64,000 bases of DNA from Pseudomonadota bacterium (GTDB taxonomy: Bacteria; Myxococcota_A; Bradymonadia; Bradymonadales; GCA-2716585). The notes beneath the pieces were generated by a model. It worked only from the letters and a program-made list of their open reading frames with translations, had not been told where the DNA came from and searched no databases. A program made the translations under genes and the position numbers. The stretch lies in the NCBI GenBank assembly GCA_005804885.1, contig SYOX01000381.1, positions 2,934 to 66,933 of the forward strand, given 5' to 3'. Shown here one piece after another: positions 49,060 through 59,144 of the stretch (the first letter of the stretch is position 1; each line of letters starts with the position of its first letter).

Positions 49060-49281
49060 TGGACCTGAAAGGGGCGAGCCCGCCGCCACTGCGCGGGCCG
49101 GTTGTGCCTCGGAGACCCGCCTGGGCGGCTCTCTTGACGCGAAAGCTGGCGCGGGTGCGCCAGGGTGTACCACGGGCGACACCGCACGACAAGACGTGCG
49201 CCGGCGCGCCCTTATCTGTTATAGTCCTCGCAAGGCGCCGCAAAACTGGACGGCGCGGTCATCAGGGAGCTCGGGCGAGAT

Positions 49282-51864
49282 ATGATCAAGAAGACCTCCG
49301 CGCACGCCTTGTCGCTGGCGCTCTTCGGGGCGCTCGCGCTCCAGGGCGGCTGCCTGCCCGCCTACGATCCCGACGATACGGCCTTCAACGGCCAGGGGCC
49401 CGGCCGGGTCAACTGCGAGGCCCCCGCCGGCGAGGTCTGCGACGGCCTCGACAACGACTGCGACGGCCAGATCGACGAGGACTTCCCCCGCCGCGGCGTC
49501 CCCTGCGGCATCAACGTCGGCGTCTGCCTCGGCGTGACGATCTGCGAGGCCGGCCAGGAGTCCTGCGCCCAGGTCCAGGCCCCCGAGGACGAGGACTGCG
49601 ACGGCCTCGACAACGACTGCGACGGCCTCGTCGACGAGCTGACCGAGACCGACCCGAACAACTGCGGCGCCTGCGGCGCCGTCTGCCTCGTCGGCGGCGG
49701 GCAGGCCGGGTGCCGCGCTGGCGAGTGCGTCGTCGAGGGCTGCGACGCCGGCTTCCTGGACTGCGACAGGGATCCGGTCAACGGCTGCGAGACCGACGCC
49801 TCCTCCGACCCGACCAACTGCGGCGCCTGCGCCAACATCTGCTCGGCCGAGTTCGCCGAGTCCGTCTGCCAGAACGCCCAGTGCGTCATCCAGGACTGCC
49901 TCGGCGGCCGCACCGACTGCAACGCCGCCCCCATCGACGGCTGCGAGGCCGATCTGAGCGTCGACACCCTCAACTGCGGCGTCTGCGGCATGCGCTGCGA
50001 CTTCCCCAACGCCCTGGCCCGCTGCCAGGAGAACCTCTGCGTCTTCGACGCCTGCCTCAACGGCTTCGGCGACCGCGACGTCAACCCCGCCAACGGCTGC
50101 GAGATCGGCCTCCAGCTCCTCTCCTCTCCCCCCGACCCCCAGCTCGCCAACCTCGCCCGCGGCGGCAACATGCTCTTCGGCGCCGCCGACAACCGCCTCA
50201 TCGGCTACCCGCTCGCCAACGACGGCGCCATCGGCGCCCTGGCCTTCTCCCTGCAGCTCGCCGGCCAGATCCTCCAGATCGACGCCGCCGGCCCCACCGT
50301 CTTCGCCGCCCTGGCCCAGGGCGACATCCAGATCATCGACACCCGCGACCCCGCCAACCCCACGGCGGTCGGGCTCGTGCCCACCTCCGGCCCCTCGCCT
50401 GGCTTCGCCCGCGAGGAGCAGATCCTCTTCGTGGCCGACGGCCGCGATGGCCTGCGCGTCGTCAACGTCGGCAACTCCAGCGAGCCCATCCAGATCGGCC
50501 GCGCGCCCACCCCCAACACCGTCAACCAGGCCTTCCTCTCCGGTGAGCGCCTCATCCTCAACGGCGCCGGCCGCAGCGACTTCCACCTCTTTGACGTCAG
50601 CGACAAGGCCAACCCCGACCTCATCGCCACCTTCGAGGCCCAGGGCCCCTTCGATCAGGCCGTCCTGAGCGGCGACCTGCTCATCACCGGCCAGTCCGGC
50701 CAGAACACCATCCGCCTCTACCGGCAGGACGCCGCCCAGCTCACCTTCCTCGGGCAATCCTCCCTGCCCGGCCCGCTCGTCTCCATGGATCTGCGCTTCC
50801 CCTTCGTCATGGCCGTCGTGCGCGGCCCTGACGGCCGGGTCAACTTCGTCCTCGTCGACATCCGCAGGCCCCAGCAGCCCACCCTGGCCAACACCTTCGC
50901 CGCCCCCGTCCCCAACGAGGCCTCCTCCGCCGTCGTCTCCGGCACCCAGGTCATCATCTCCGGCACCAGCGGCCTGCAGCGCTTCGAAATCACCGACCTG
51001 CGGCGCCCCATCAGCCTCCAGGACCTCGTCCGACCCCAGGACCTGCGCGACATCGACGTCAAGGGCACCCGGCTCTTCGTCGCCGCCAACGGCTCCGTCG
51101 AGATCCTCGACAACACCGACCCCCAGACCCCTGTCAGAATCGCGAGGCTCGGCGCGGACTTCCGGAACATCCACCCCACCGACACGAGCCTCTTCGTGAC
51201 CTCCGACGCCCAGGGGATCGTCGGCTACCGGCTCAACGGCATCAACGACAACACCCCGCCCTTCATCATCATCGAAGGCCCGCGCCCCTCGGCCCTGCTG
51301 ACCGACGCCACCGGCAACATCATCTACGCCCTGCGCGACTCGATCCTGGAGACCATCAACATCAACGGCGACATCAACACACGCGGCTTCCTTGAGCTGC
51401 CCGGCTCCTGCCGCGCCATGATCCGCCACCAGAGCATCATCTACCTGGCCTGCAACAACGGCCTCGTCGCCGTCGACCCCCAGACCCCGCCGAACAGCCC
51501 CGTCGTCGTCGGGCAGGCCGGCGGCGGCGACCTCTACGCCATCGAGCTCTTCGGCCAGACCGTCTACGCCCTGACCGACTCCGAGATCGCCGCCTTCACC
51601 GCCCTCTCCCCCGGCACCGTCAACCACGTCGGCTCGGTCGGCCTGGGCATCTCGGGCCTGCGCCACATCGCCGGCGCCGGCCCCTACATGATCGTCGGCT
51701 CCGGCGCCGAGCTGCGGCTCATCGACCGCGCCAACCTCACCAACGTCGTCCCCGTCGCCATCCGCACCCTCGAAGGCGCCGTCGTCGACGCCGCCGCCTC
51801 CCCCAACACCTTCTACGCCGGGACCACCCAGGGGGTCTTCCGCCTCAACGTCGAGGCGCCCTGA
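49282..51864 (+). CDS. Cys-rich lipoprotein (MopE-related metal-binding and Stig1-like repeats) with LVIVD beta-propeller
   Basis: QGG|C lipobox; two E.CDGLDNDCDG..DE; three D..NCG.C...C units; LFVADG.DGLRVVNV.N...P-type repeats. Confidence 0.85.
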   Translation: MIKKTSAHALSLALFGALALQGGCLPAYDPDDTAFNGQGPGRVNCEAPAGEVCDGLDNDCDGQIDEDFPRRGVPCGINVGVCLGVTICEAGQESCAQVQAPEDEDCDGLDNDCDGLVDELTETDPNNCGACGAVCLVGGGQAGCRAGECVVEGCDAGFLDCDRDPVNGCETDASSDPTNCGACANICSAEFAESVCQNAQCVIQDCLGGRTDCNAAPIDGCEADLSVDTLNCGVCGMRCDFPNALARCQENLCVFDACLNGFGDRDVNPANGCEIGLQLLSSPPDPQLANLARGGNMLFGAADNRLIGYPLANDGAIGALAFSLQLAGQILQIDAAGPTVFAALAQGDIQIIDTRDPANPTAVGLVPTSGPSPGFAREEQILFVADGRDGLRVVNVGNSSEPIQIGRAPTPNTVNQAFLSGERLILNGAGRSDFHLFDVSDKANPDLIATFEAQGPFDQAVLSGDLLITGQSGQNTIRLYRQDAAQLTFLGQSSLPGPLVSMDLRFPFVMAVVRGPDGRVNFVLVDIRRPQQPTLANTFAAPVPNEASSAVVSGTQVIISGTSGLQRFEITDLRRPISLQDLVRPQDLRDIDVKGTRLFVAANGSVEILDNTDPQTPVRIARLGADFRNIHPTDTSLFVTSDAQGIVGYRLNGINDNTPPFIIIEGPRPSALLTDATGNIIYALRDSILETININGDINTRGFLELPGSCRAMIRHQSIIYLACNNGLVAVDPQTPPNSPVVVGQAGGGDLYAIELFGQTVYALTDSEIAAFTALSPGTVNHVGSVGLGISGLRHIAGAGPYMIVGSGAELRLIDRANLTNVVPVAIRTLEGAVVDAAASPNTFYAGTTQGVFRLNVEAP

Positions 51865-52697
51865 TGAGCACGACCCCAACCTCCACCCTGGCCGCCGCCC
51901 TGGCCGCCGCCCTCCTGCTGATCCTGGCCGCGCCGACCGCCTCGGCGCAGTCCAAAGCCGACACCCAGCGCGCCGTCAAGCTCGCCGAGGACGCCCGCAA
52001 CGCCTTCGCCGAGGACCGCTTCGCCGAGGCCGCCGAGCTGCTCAAGCAGGCCTTCGAGATCTACCCCGAGCCCAACTTCGTCTGGAACATGGCGCGCGCC
52101 TACGAGATGGCCGGCCTCGACGACGAGGCCCTGGCCAGCTACCTGCGCTTCAGCACCCTGGAGGTCGAGGAGCCCGACCGCGAGGCCGCCCTGGAGCGCG
52201 CCGCCCGCTTCACCGCCCTGACCACCCTGCCGCCCATCATCCAGGAGGCGCAGGCGAGCGCCGAGCTCTCCTCCCTGCGCCGCGACAACTCTGCCCTCCG
52301 GAGATCCGTGGCCGAGCGCCCCGAGCCCAAGCCCTTGCCCGCCGAGGGCATGTCGCTCTTCGAACTCGGCGGCTGGTCCTCGGCCGGCCTGGGGGTCGTG
52401 GCCCTCGGCGCCGCCTTCACCCTCCACCTGGCCTCCATCGGCACCGTCGAGGAGTACAACAAGACCGCCGCCCAGGGCCTCGACTCCGGCAAGTACGAGG
52501 CCCTGCGCGACACCCTCAACACCCGCGTCGTGACCTCCCGCGTCCTCCTCGGCACCGGGCTCGCCCTGGCGGCCAGCGGCGGCGTGCTGCTCTACCTCGA
52601 ATACTTCGCCCAGGAGCCGCCCGCCACCGGCGGGCTGCTGCTCGCCCCCGCGCTGGGGCCTGACACCGCTGGCGCCCTGATCCAGGGCTCCTTCTGA
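51864..52697 (+). CDS. Secreted TPR protein with hydrophobic helical hairpin and terminal G-x-F
   Basis: TGATG-coupled to the lipoprotein gene; signal peptide; A..AF...P.PN...N.ARAYE..G...EAL..Y.RF; ends LLLAPALG..TAGALIQGSF. Confidence 0.78.
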   Translation: MSTTPTSTLAAALAAALLLILAAPTASAQSKADTQRAVKLAEDARNAFAEDRFAEAAELLKQAFEIYPEPNFVWNMARAYEMAGLDDEALASYLRFSTLEVEEPDREAALERAARFTALTTLPPIIQEAQASAELSSLRRDNSALRRSVAERPEPKPLPAEGMSLFELGGWSSAGLGVVALGAAFTLHLASIGTVEEYNKTAAQGLDSGKYEALRDTLNTRVVTSRVLLGTGLALAASGGVLLYLEYFAQEPPATGGLLLAPALGPDTAGALIQGSF

Positions 52698-52710
52698 CCC
52701 GGAGAGCCTC

Positions 52711-53538
52711 ATGAGCGCGCTCGACAAGGCCATCGAGGCCTCCCTTGAGGGCATGAACCTGCGCTCCTCCCGCGAGGGCGCCGCGATCACCGCCACGCGC
52801 GGCGCGGGCCTCCAGCGCACCAGCGCGACCCTGAACCTCGACCCGCTTCGCGCCTGGCTCGACGCACACCCCGGCGCCGACCTCAAGCGCGCCACCGGCG
52901 CCTTCGCCCGCGGCGTCCACGCCGTCCTGAACGAGCCCCCCAACAGCGACGCCGCCGCCTGGTCCTTCGTCGAGGCCGCCGGCCGCCTGACCCCCTCGAT
53001 CGAGTTCGCCACCTTCGAGACCGGCGTCCAGGCCACCGGCTCGGGCCGACCCTGGCTCGTCGACTTCAGCCCCGACCTGAGCGTCGCCTACACCATCGAG
53101 CTCGACCGCGGCACTCGCATGCTGACCTGGGCGCAGTTCCTCCAGTGGGGCGTCACCCCGGACCGCGTCACCAGCGCCAGCCGCTCGCTGCTCTACTACA
53201 AGACCGCCCAGCACGCCCTCGGCGGCGGCTTCGAGCCCGACGCCGCCTCCGGCGGGCAGACCTACAGCGTCGGCGACGGCATCGGCGCCGCCCGCGCCTT
53301 GATCCTCGGCGACCTCGACTACCACAGAGCCCGCCGCGGCATCCTCTTCGCCGTGCCCCACCCCGACCTGCTGCTCACCCTCGACCAGCAAACCGACCCA
53401 GCCGCCCTGGACCGCTTCAAGGCCGCCGCACAGGCCGCCTACAGCGCCGCCGACTTCCCCCTGAGCCCCCTGATCTACACCCACGCCGCCTCCGGCGCAG
53501 GCGACCACCGCGCTCTGGAGACCCCAGCCTGGGCATGA
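52711..53538 (+). CDS. DUF1444-like hypothetical protein
   Basis: L.VAY..E....RML......WGVT...V...S...L; GDG..AAR.L; FAVPHPD.LL; Y.....PLSP.IY. Confidence 0.55.
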   Translation: MSALDKAIEASLEGMNLRSSREGAAITATRGAGLQRTSATLNLDPLRAWLDAHPGADLKRATGAFARGVHAVLNEPPNSDAAAWSFVEAAGRLTPSIEFATFETGVQATGSGRPWLVDFSPDLSVAYTIELDRGTRMLTWAQFLQWGVTPDRVTSASRSLLYYKTAQHALGGGFEPDAASGGQTYSVGDGIGAARALILGDLDYHRARRGILFAVPHPDLLLTLDQQTDPAALDRFKAAAQAAYSAADFPLSPLIYTHAASGAGDHRALETPAWA

Positions 53539-54059
53539 CCGAGCCGACCATCGACCCCACGCTCCCCGAGGTCGTCCGACGCTTCCTGGCCGCCGGCGCA
53601 CGCCTGGAGTCCATACGCCTCGACGCCTCGGGCGTCTGGTGGCACGAAGGCGGCCGGGTCGAGAACCCCCGCGTCGCCGCGCTCTTCTCGCGCAGCGTCA
53701 ACCGCACGCCGGGCGGCACCTGGGTGCTGGAGATCGCCCCCTTCACCTACCCCATCGAGGTCGAAGACACCCCCCTCTTCGTCGAGAAGATCGCCAGCGA
53801 CCGCGACGACCCCGGCCACCCCGACGAGCGCCTCACCCTGACCCTCTCCGACGCGACCACCGAGGCCCTGATCCCCGACTCGCTGGCCTACGACGCGCTC
53901 CGAGGCATGACCTGCGCGGTCAAGGGCGGCCGCTTCGAAGCCCGCTTCAAGCGCCCCGCCTTCCACGCCCTGGCCGACCGCCTCGAAGAGATCGAGGGCG
54001 GCTTCGCCCTGCGCGTCGCGGGCCGCGCCATCCCCCTCGTGCCGACGCCAACCCCATGA
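53535..54059 (+). CDS. DUF1285-like protein
   Basis: IRLDASGVWWHEG.....P....LFSRSV...Y.IEVEDTP.FV...ARF.RPA; ATGA overlaps on both sides. Confidence 0.75.
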   Translation: MTEPTIDPTLPEVVRRFLAAGARLESIRLDASGVWWHEGGRVENPRVAALFSRSVNRTPGGTWVLEIAPFTYPIEVEDTPLFVEKIASDRDDPGHPDERLTLTLSDATTEALIPDSLAYDALRGMTCAVKGGRFEARFKRPAFHALADRLEEIEGGFALRVAGRAIPLVPTPTP

Positions 54060-55057
54060 CATCAAACCACTTCCTGATATGCGCCGCCGCCCTCTCTGGC
54101 ATCCTGGCGACAAGCTGCGGCCACAACGCCCCCTCTCCTCCCCCCTACGATCACACCCGCCCGCTCGGCCAGGGCCGCTGCGATCCAGCCGGGCCTGGGC
54201 CGGGGGTCCACTTCAGGAGCGCGGAGATCGGCGGGCACCTTCGAATCTGGCAGATCCATGTCCCCAAGGGTGCCAAGGCCGCGTCGCGCGCTCCGGTGGT
54301 GATGGCCTTCCACGGCGGCATGGGGACGGCGCAGAGCCTCATGAGCCGCGCGGGCCTGGCCCAGAAGGCCGAGGAGGCCGGCTTCATCCTCGTCGCACCC
54401 GAGGGCACGGGCACCTTCCAGACCTGGAACGCCGGGAACTGCTGCGGATACGCCCGACGAGAGGGCGTCGACGACGTGCTCTTCGTGCGCCACATGCTCG
54501 CGGCGCTGGACGCGGAGTTCTGCGTCGACCCCGACCGCATCTACGCCACCGGGCACTCCAACGGGGCCATGCTCAGCTACAGGCTCGCCTGCGAGGCCGC
54601 CGACCTCGTGGCCGCCATCGCCCCGGTCGGCGGCGCCTCCGGACAGCTCGACAGAGCGCTCGATCCGCCCGCCGACGCCTACCCCTGCGCGCCGAGCCGG
54701 CCCGTCCCCGTCCTCCACATCCACGGCTCGAAGGACGGCTGCTACCGCTTCGACGGCGGCGTCGGCGACGGCCCCTCCGGCGTCGACGCCACCTCCGTCC
54801 CCGAGACCCTCGCGACCTGGGGCGCCCTCAACGGCTGCGGCGAAGGCCGGGAGATCACTCTGCGCCAGGGCGCCGCGACCTGCGAGGCCCGGGAGGGCTG
54901 CGCCGCGGACACGATCCTGTGCACCATCGACGGCGCGGGCCACGTCTGGCCTGGGCGCAACGACTACCCCTCGCTGCGCATCTGCGGCGGCACCACCACC
55001 GACGACCTCGACGCCAACGACCTCATGTGGTCCTTCTTCGCATCCCACCCTCGATAA
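54056..55057 (+). CDS. PHB-depolymerase-family / LpqC-like esterase lipoprotein
   Basis: ATS|C lipobox; FHGG, WNAG.CCG, DDV.F, GHSNG nucleophile motif, IHGSKD, GHVWPG. Confidence 0.88.
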   Translation: MTSNHFLICAAALSGILATSCGHNAPSPPPYDHTRPLGQGRCDPAGPGPGVHFRSAEIGGHLRIWQIHVPKGAKAASRAPVVMAFHGGMGTAQSLMSRAGLAQKAEEAGFILVAPEGTGTFQTWNAGNCCGYARREGVDDVLFVRHMLAALDAEFCVDPDRIYATGHSNGAMLSYRLACEAADLVAAIAPVGGASGQLDRALDPPADAYPCAPSRPVPVLHIHGSKDGCYRFDGGVGDGPSGVDATSVPETLATWGALNGCGEGREITLRQGAATCEAREGCAADTILCTIDGAGHVWPGRNDYPSLRICGGTTTDDLDANDLMWSFFASHPR

Positions 55058-55162
55058 GCCGATCATCGAATCCTAGATCCCATCTGCCATTTCACCGTTC
55101 AACATGGCCCTGAGCCACAGGCGACGCCCTCGCCTGCGGGCTCGACGGCGCCGCGGCCGAAG

Positions 55163-55178
55163 CGGTACGCGCGTTGCA
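55163..55178 (+). promoter_or_regulatory. Possible sigma54 promoter for the PBP1C-like gene
   Basis: CGGTAC-GCGCG-TTGCA keeps GG-N10-GC; 30 nt before ATG at 55208. Confidence 0.45.
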
Positions 55179-55206
55179 CAAGCCCCGACGAGCGACGGAG
55201 GCAGCC

Positions 55207-57426
55207 ATGGAAAAGGCAAGATCGACATGGGCGAGCGCCATGGTCGGCGCGATCAGGATCGGGGCGACGGGCGCGCTGGCGATCTCGCTGGTCAGCAGCG
55301 CCGCGCTGGCCTGGGTCGTGTCCGCGCCCTTCCCCCTGACGAGGCTCGCGGACACCGGCAAGGGCTCGACGCTGGTGACCGACCGCAAGGGGGCGCCGCT
55401 GCGCGAGCTCCTCGACGGCCACGCGACCCGCTCCGAGTGGATCGACCTCGACCGCGTCTCTCCCTGGCTCATCAAGGCCACGCTCGCCGGCGAGGATCAC
55501 CGCTTCTACGAACACCCCGGCGTCGATCCCTGGGCGCTGGCCCGCGCGCTCAAGCTGGCCGGCGAGCAAGGCCGGATCTACAGCGGCGCCTCCACCCTGA
55601 CCATGCAGCTCGTGCGCATGACCGAGCCCAGAGGCGCGGCCCGCACCCTGGATTACAAGGCCGAACAGGCCGCCCTGGCGCTGCGCCTGGAGCGCGCCCT
55701 GCCCAAGGACGAGATCCTGATCCAGTACCTCAACCGCCTGCCCTACGGAAACGGCGTGCGCGGCCCCGAGGCGGCCAGCCGCCTCTACTTCCAGAAGCCC
55801 GCCGCCGACCTCTCCCTGGCCGAGGCCGCCCTTCTGGCCGCCCTGCCCCGCTCCCCAGCAGGCTACAACCCCTACCGCCACCCTGAGCGCGCCCTCAAGC
55901 GCCAGCGACACATCCTCGCCCTGATGCGCGCCCGAGGCGTCATCGACGACGCGCAGCTTGAGCGCGCGCTGGCCTCCACCCTGACCCTCCACAAGCCCCG
56001 GCCCAGCTTCGAAGCGCCGCACTTCGCCACCTGGCTCGGCCTCCAACACCCCGAGATCATTGAAGATCGCCCTCAGGTGGTGCGCACCACCCTCGACCTC
56101 GACCTCCAGAAGAAGGCCCACGGCGCCGTCCTGACCCGGCTCGACGCGCTGGAGGCCGACGAGGCCGATCAAGCCGCCGTCGTCGTGCTGGACAACGCGC
56201 GCGGCGAGCTGCTGGCCATGGTCGGCTCACGGAGCTGGCACGACCTGGACGGCCAGGGGCGCTTCAACGGCGCGACGGCGCTGCGGCCCTCGGGCTCGAT
56301 CCTGGCCCCCTTCGTCTCGGCCACCGCCTTCGAACACGGCGCGACGCTGGCCACGGTCCTGCCCGACCTGGAGCTGCCGTTGACCCTGCCCGACGGGCGG
56401 CGCCTCCTTCTGCGCGACCACGATCGGGGCATACGCGGGCCGCTGCGGCTGCGGCAGGCCATCGCCTCAAACCTGGAGATCCCGGCCTCGCTGCTCCTGG
56501 ACGCGCTCGGCAATGAGACGGTGCTGATGCGCCTCCACGCGATGAACCTGCGCACCCTCGATCAGCCACACGACCGCTATGGGCTCGTGCGGCCAAGAGG
56601 CCTCGGGCGAGCCAGCCTCCTCCAGCTCACGGCGGCCTTCAGCGCCCTGGCCCGAGGCGGCCAGTGGTCCCCGCCCGCAGCCCTCCTGAGCGTCCGCCAC
56701 CACGACCGCCCCCTCGACGTGGGCCTCTGGCAGGGCGAGCCCGCCCGGATCTTCTCTCCCGAGGCCGCCTTCATGGTCACGGACGCCCTGTCTGACGAGG
56801 GCGAGCGCCTGGACAAGGGCCACCTCGGCCCCCTGCCCTTCCCCGCCGCCGTCGCCACCGGATCGAGCGACGGGGGCCAGGACCTGTGGGTCATCGGCTA
56901 CACCGCGCAGGTCACCGTCGGCGTCTGGGTCGGCCGCTTCGATGGCAGGGGGCGCAAGGCCGGCGACGCCGCGGCCCTGGCAGGCCCCATCTTCGAGGAG
57001 GTCATGAGCGCGGCCATGGCGCGTCACACCCCGAGGCTCTTCGTGGCCCCGGAGAGCTTCGCGGTCGTGGACGTCTGCCCGCTCTCCGGCAAGCAGGCCG
57101 GCCCCGCCTGCCCCCACAGCGTCGAGGAGATCTTCGCCACCGGCGACGACCCCACCGAGGTCTGCCCGTGGCACGTCCAGGTCCCCATCGACCGCCGGAA
57201 CGGCTTCCAGGCCGGCCCCACCTGCCCCGAGGAGCACGTCCTGACCAGGCCCTTCACGCGCCTGCCCGAGGAGTACCGAGGGTGGGCCGGGCAGCGCCCC
57301 TCGCGCCGCCTGCCGCGCGGCCTCTCGCCGCTCTGCCCCGTCACGGGGGAGCCGGACAGGCCCGCCCCCCTCAACGGCGTCCTGCTCGACGCCGCCGACT
57401 TCGAATCGCGAGCCTGGGCGCTCTGA
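55207..57426 (+). CDS. pbpC: Penicillin-binding protein 1C-like; glycosyltransferase motifs intact, transpeptidase motifs degenerate
   Basis: GT51 motifs EDHRFYEHPGVD, GASTLTMQL and KDEIL..YLN are present. The TP domain has GSILAP, NLE and ATG where SxxK, SxN and KTG are expected. Confidence 0.8.
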   Translation: MEKARSTWASAMVGAIRIGATGALAISLVSSAALAWVVSAPFPLTRLADTGKGSTLVTDRKGAPLRELLDGHATRSEWIDLDRVSPWLIKATLAGEDHRFYEHPGVDPWALARALKLAGEQGRIYSGASTLTMQLVRMTEPRGAARTLDYKAEQAALALRLERALPKDEILIQYLNRLPYGNGVRGPEAASRLYFQKPAADLSLAEAALLAALPRSPAGYNPYRHPERALKRQRHILALMRARGVIDDAQLERALASTLTLHKPRPSFEAPHFATWLGLQHPEIIEDRPQVVRTTLDLDLQKKAHGAVLTRLDALEADEADQAAVVVLDNARGELLAMVGSRSWHDLDGQGRFNGATALRPSGSILAPFVSATAFEHGATLATVLPDLELPLTLPDGRRLLLRDHDRGIRGPLRLRQAIASNLEIPASLLLDALGNETVLMRLHAMNLRTLDQPHDRYGLVRPRGLGRASLLQLTAAFSALARGGQWSPPAALLSVRHHDRPLDVGLWQGEPARIFSPEAAFMVTDALSDEGERLDKGHLGPLPFPAAVATGSSDGGQDLWVIGYTAQVTVGVWVGRFDGRGRKAGDAAALAGPIFEEVMSAAMARHTPRLFVAPESFAVVDVCPLSGKQAGPACPHSVEEIFATGDDPTEVCPWHVQVPIDRRNGFQAGPTCPEEHVLTRPFTRLPEEYRGWAGQRPSRRLPRGLSPLCPVTGEPDRPAPLNGVLLDAADFESRAWAL

Positions 57427-57752
57427 GATGCGGCCTTGCGATCCGGCACGGGCCGCACTACCCTTTGCCGGCGCCCAGATCGGGCGCGGCCCTCGCGACG
57501 ACGGAGCTGACCCATGCTGATGGTGATTCTGAACTACGCGCTCTCCTGATCCGCCACGTCTGCGCGGCCGCCCCTGGCGTCCTGCTGCATGACGTGGTTC
57601 CGCGTGTTCGGCGCTCCTTGCGCCACCTCAGCGCCACGGCGGCGATGTAACCAACCCATTGATATCGTGTCACTTTGCCGCCGCGGCATTTCTCTGTTCC
57701 GATCTCATCCTGGCGCGCTCGCCAGGGTAGGATCGGGGGTCGTGAGGGCCTC

Positions 57753-58409
57753 ATGGCAGCCATCAAGTGCAGCAAGGTGCGGCAGCGCGCCGCGTCATTT
57801 TGCGAGGATCACCTCGTCCACCTCCGTCCCCTGAAGGTCGGCAGCCGCAACCGGGAGGAGCGCTTCGTCTTCCCCGAGGTCGGCGATCTGAAGGGCACCT
57901 CCTTTGAGCTCTGCGCCGACGAGGTGAGCTTCGTCAACGGGCTGATCGGGGGTCAGGCCAACCAGGGGATGCGTCGACACAACCTGTGGCTCTACCGCAC
58001 CGACCAGCAGCGCAATGCGGGCGACTTCGTGCTCATCGACGTCTCCAGCCCGCCGCGCCGCATCGGGCCGCTCCAGGTTCCTTGCTGGGACGTCTTCATC
58101 CTCGATCTGAAGATGAACGGCAGGTTTCAGCTCGGAGGCAGCGGCGCGGGCTTCCAGCTCAACGACTGGGAGCGGGCCGCCGAGTCGGCCATCACGACGA
58201 CGGCCAGGACCCGAGGGGTGCTGCCGGAGCCTCACCAGGGGCTCGGGCTGTGGCATCGCCTCGTGGAGCCCCGGTGCGTCTGGCGCATCGTCGGCGACAG
58301 GCGAGATGTGCTGAGCTTCTTCCGCAACCTGCGCCTCATGAGGCGCCTGAGGCGGCGCGTGGGCGACGATCCCAGGACGCTGGAGGGCCTCTTCGAGGCG
58401 CTCTGCTGA
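57753..58409 (+). CDS. Hypothetical protein, possible PD-(D/E)xK nuclease fold
   Basis: E...(helix)...GDFVLIDVS...VFILDLK arrangement. Confidence 0.55.
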   Translation: MAAIKCSKVRQRAASFCEDHLVHLRPLKVGSRNREERFVFPEVGDLKGTSFELCADEVSFVNGLIGGQANQGMRRHNLWLYRTDQQRNAGDFVLIDVSSPPRRIGPLQVPCWDVFILDLKMNGRFQLGGSGAGFQLNDWERAAESAITTTARTRGVLPEPHQGLGLWHRLVEPRCVWRIVGDRRDVLSFFRNLRLMRRLRRRVGDDPRTLEGLFEALC

Positions 58410-58589
58410 GAAGCTGCCCAGGCATGGAAGGGCGAGTTGTGGAGGTCGAAGGCGGTCAGATGGGGGTCGGACGATGGCTGGCTGGGGCAGCGCCCCGCCG
58501 GGCTGAAGCCGAGCCGCAGATGGCTGCTATCGACCCCCACAACGACGGCCTGGAGTCTCCGGGCAGCTTCTCAGGGCCCGCCTGCGCCC

Positions 58590-59051
58590 TCATGGCGCGA
58601 CACACTCCCCGCCGAGGGCCTTGCAGCGGCCCTTGGTGGCGCAGATCGCGGAGGCCTCGCACAGCTCGTCGCTCACCGCCAGGCAGACGCCCTTGCGAGC
58701 GACGCAGAGGCCGGCGCTGCGGCACCAGTTGACCCCGAACTCGCCGCGCGCGGTGTCGCAGTCGTCGTCCGTCAGGGCGCCGACCCTGCACGCGGCCCCG
58801 TCAAAGACGCACGCGCCCATCTTCTCGCAGGTGATCTCGGCCAGGATGCAGTCGTCGGGGCCGCTGGGGAGGCACTGGCCCTCGGGGGACAGGAGGCAGG
58901 CGCCGTACTCGACGCAGCCCCGCTCTGGGCACCCCGACGAGCGCCGCGCGAGGCCCTCGTGGTCCGGCGGGACGATCTCCTGGTTGGGGGCGCAGGAGAG
59001 GACGAAGATCGTGGCGAGCGCCGTTGTTGCCAAAAACTTGAAGGAGATCAT
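58590..59051 (-). CDS. Small Cys-rich lipoprotein
   Basis: MISFKFLATTALATIFVLS|C; four C...G.C......C repeats. Confidence 0.75.
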   Translation of the reverse strand: MISFKFLATTALATIFVLSCAPNQEIVPPDHEGLARRSSGCPERGCVEYGACLLSPEGQCLPSGPDDCILAEITCEKMGACVFDGAACRVGALTDDDCDTARGEFGVNWCRSAGLCVARKGVCLAVSDELCEASAICATKGRCKALGGECVAP

Positions 59052-59144
59052 CCACTCGCCTCCGCGCCCCGCCTTGCCACGGAGGCCGTCGAGCCCTAGG
59101 CTCGTCAGAGTGAAGGAACGAGGCCGAGGAGACAAGGGGGCCGG

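Noticed and set aside
57430-57750. Small ORFs or ncRNA in the gap after pbpC
   Set aside because: No convincing RBS, motif or recognisable RNA structure could be supported by eye.
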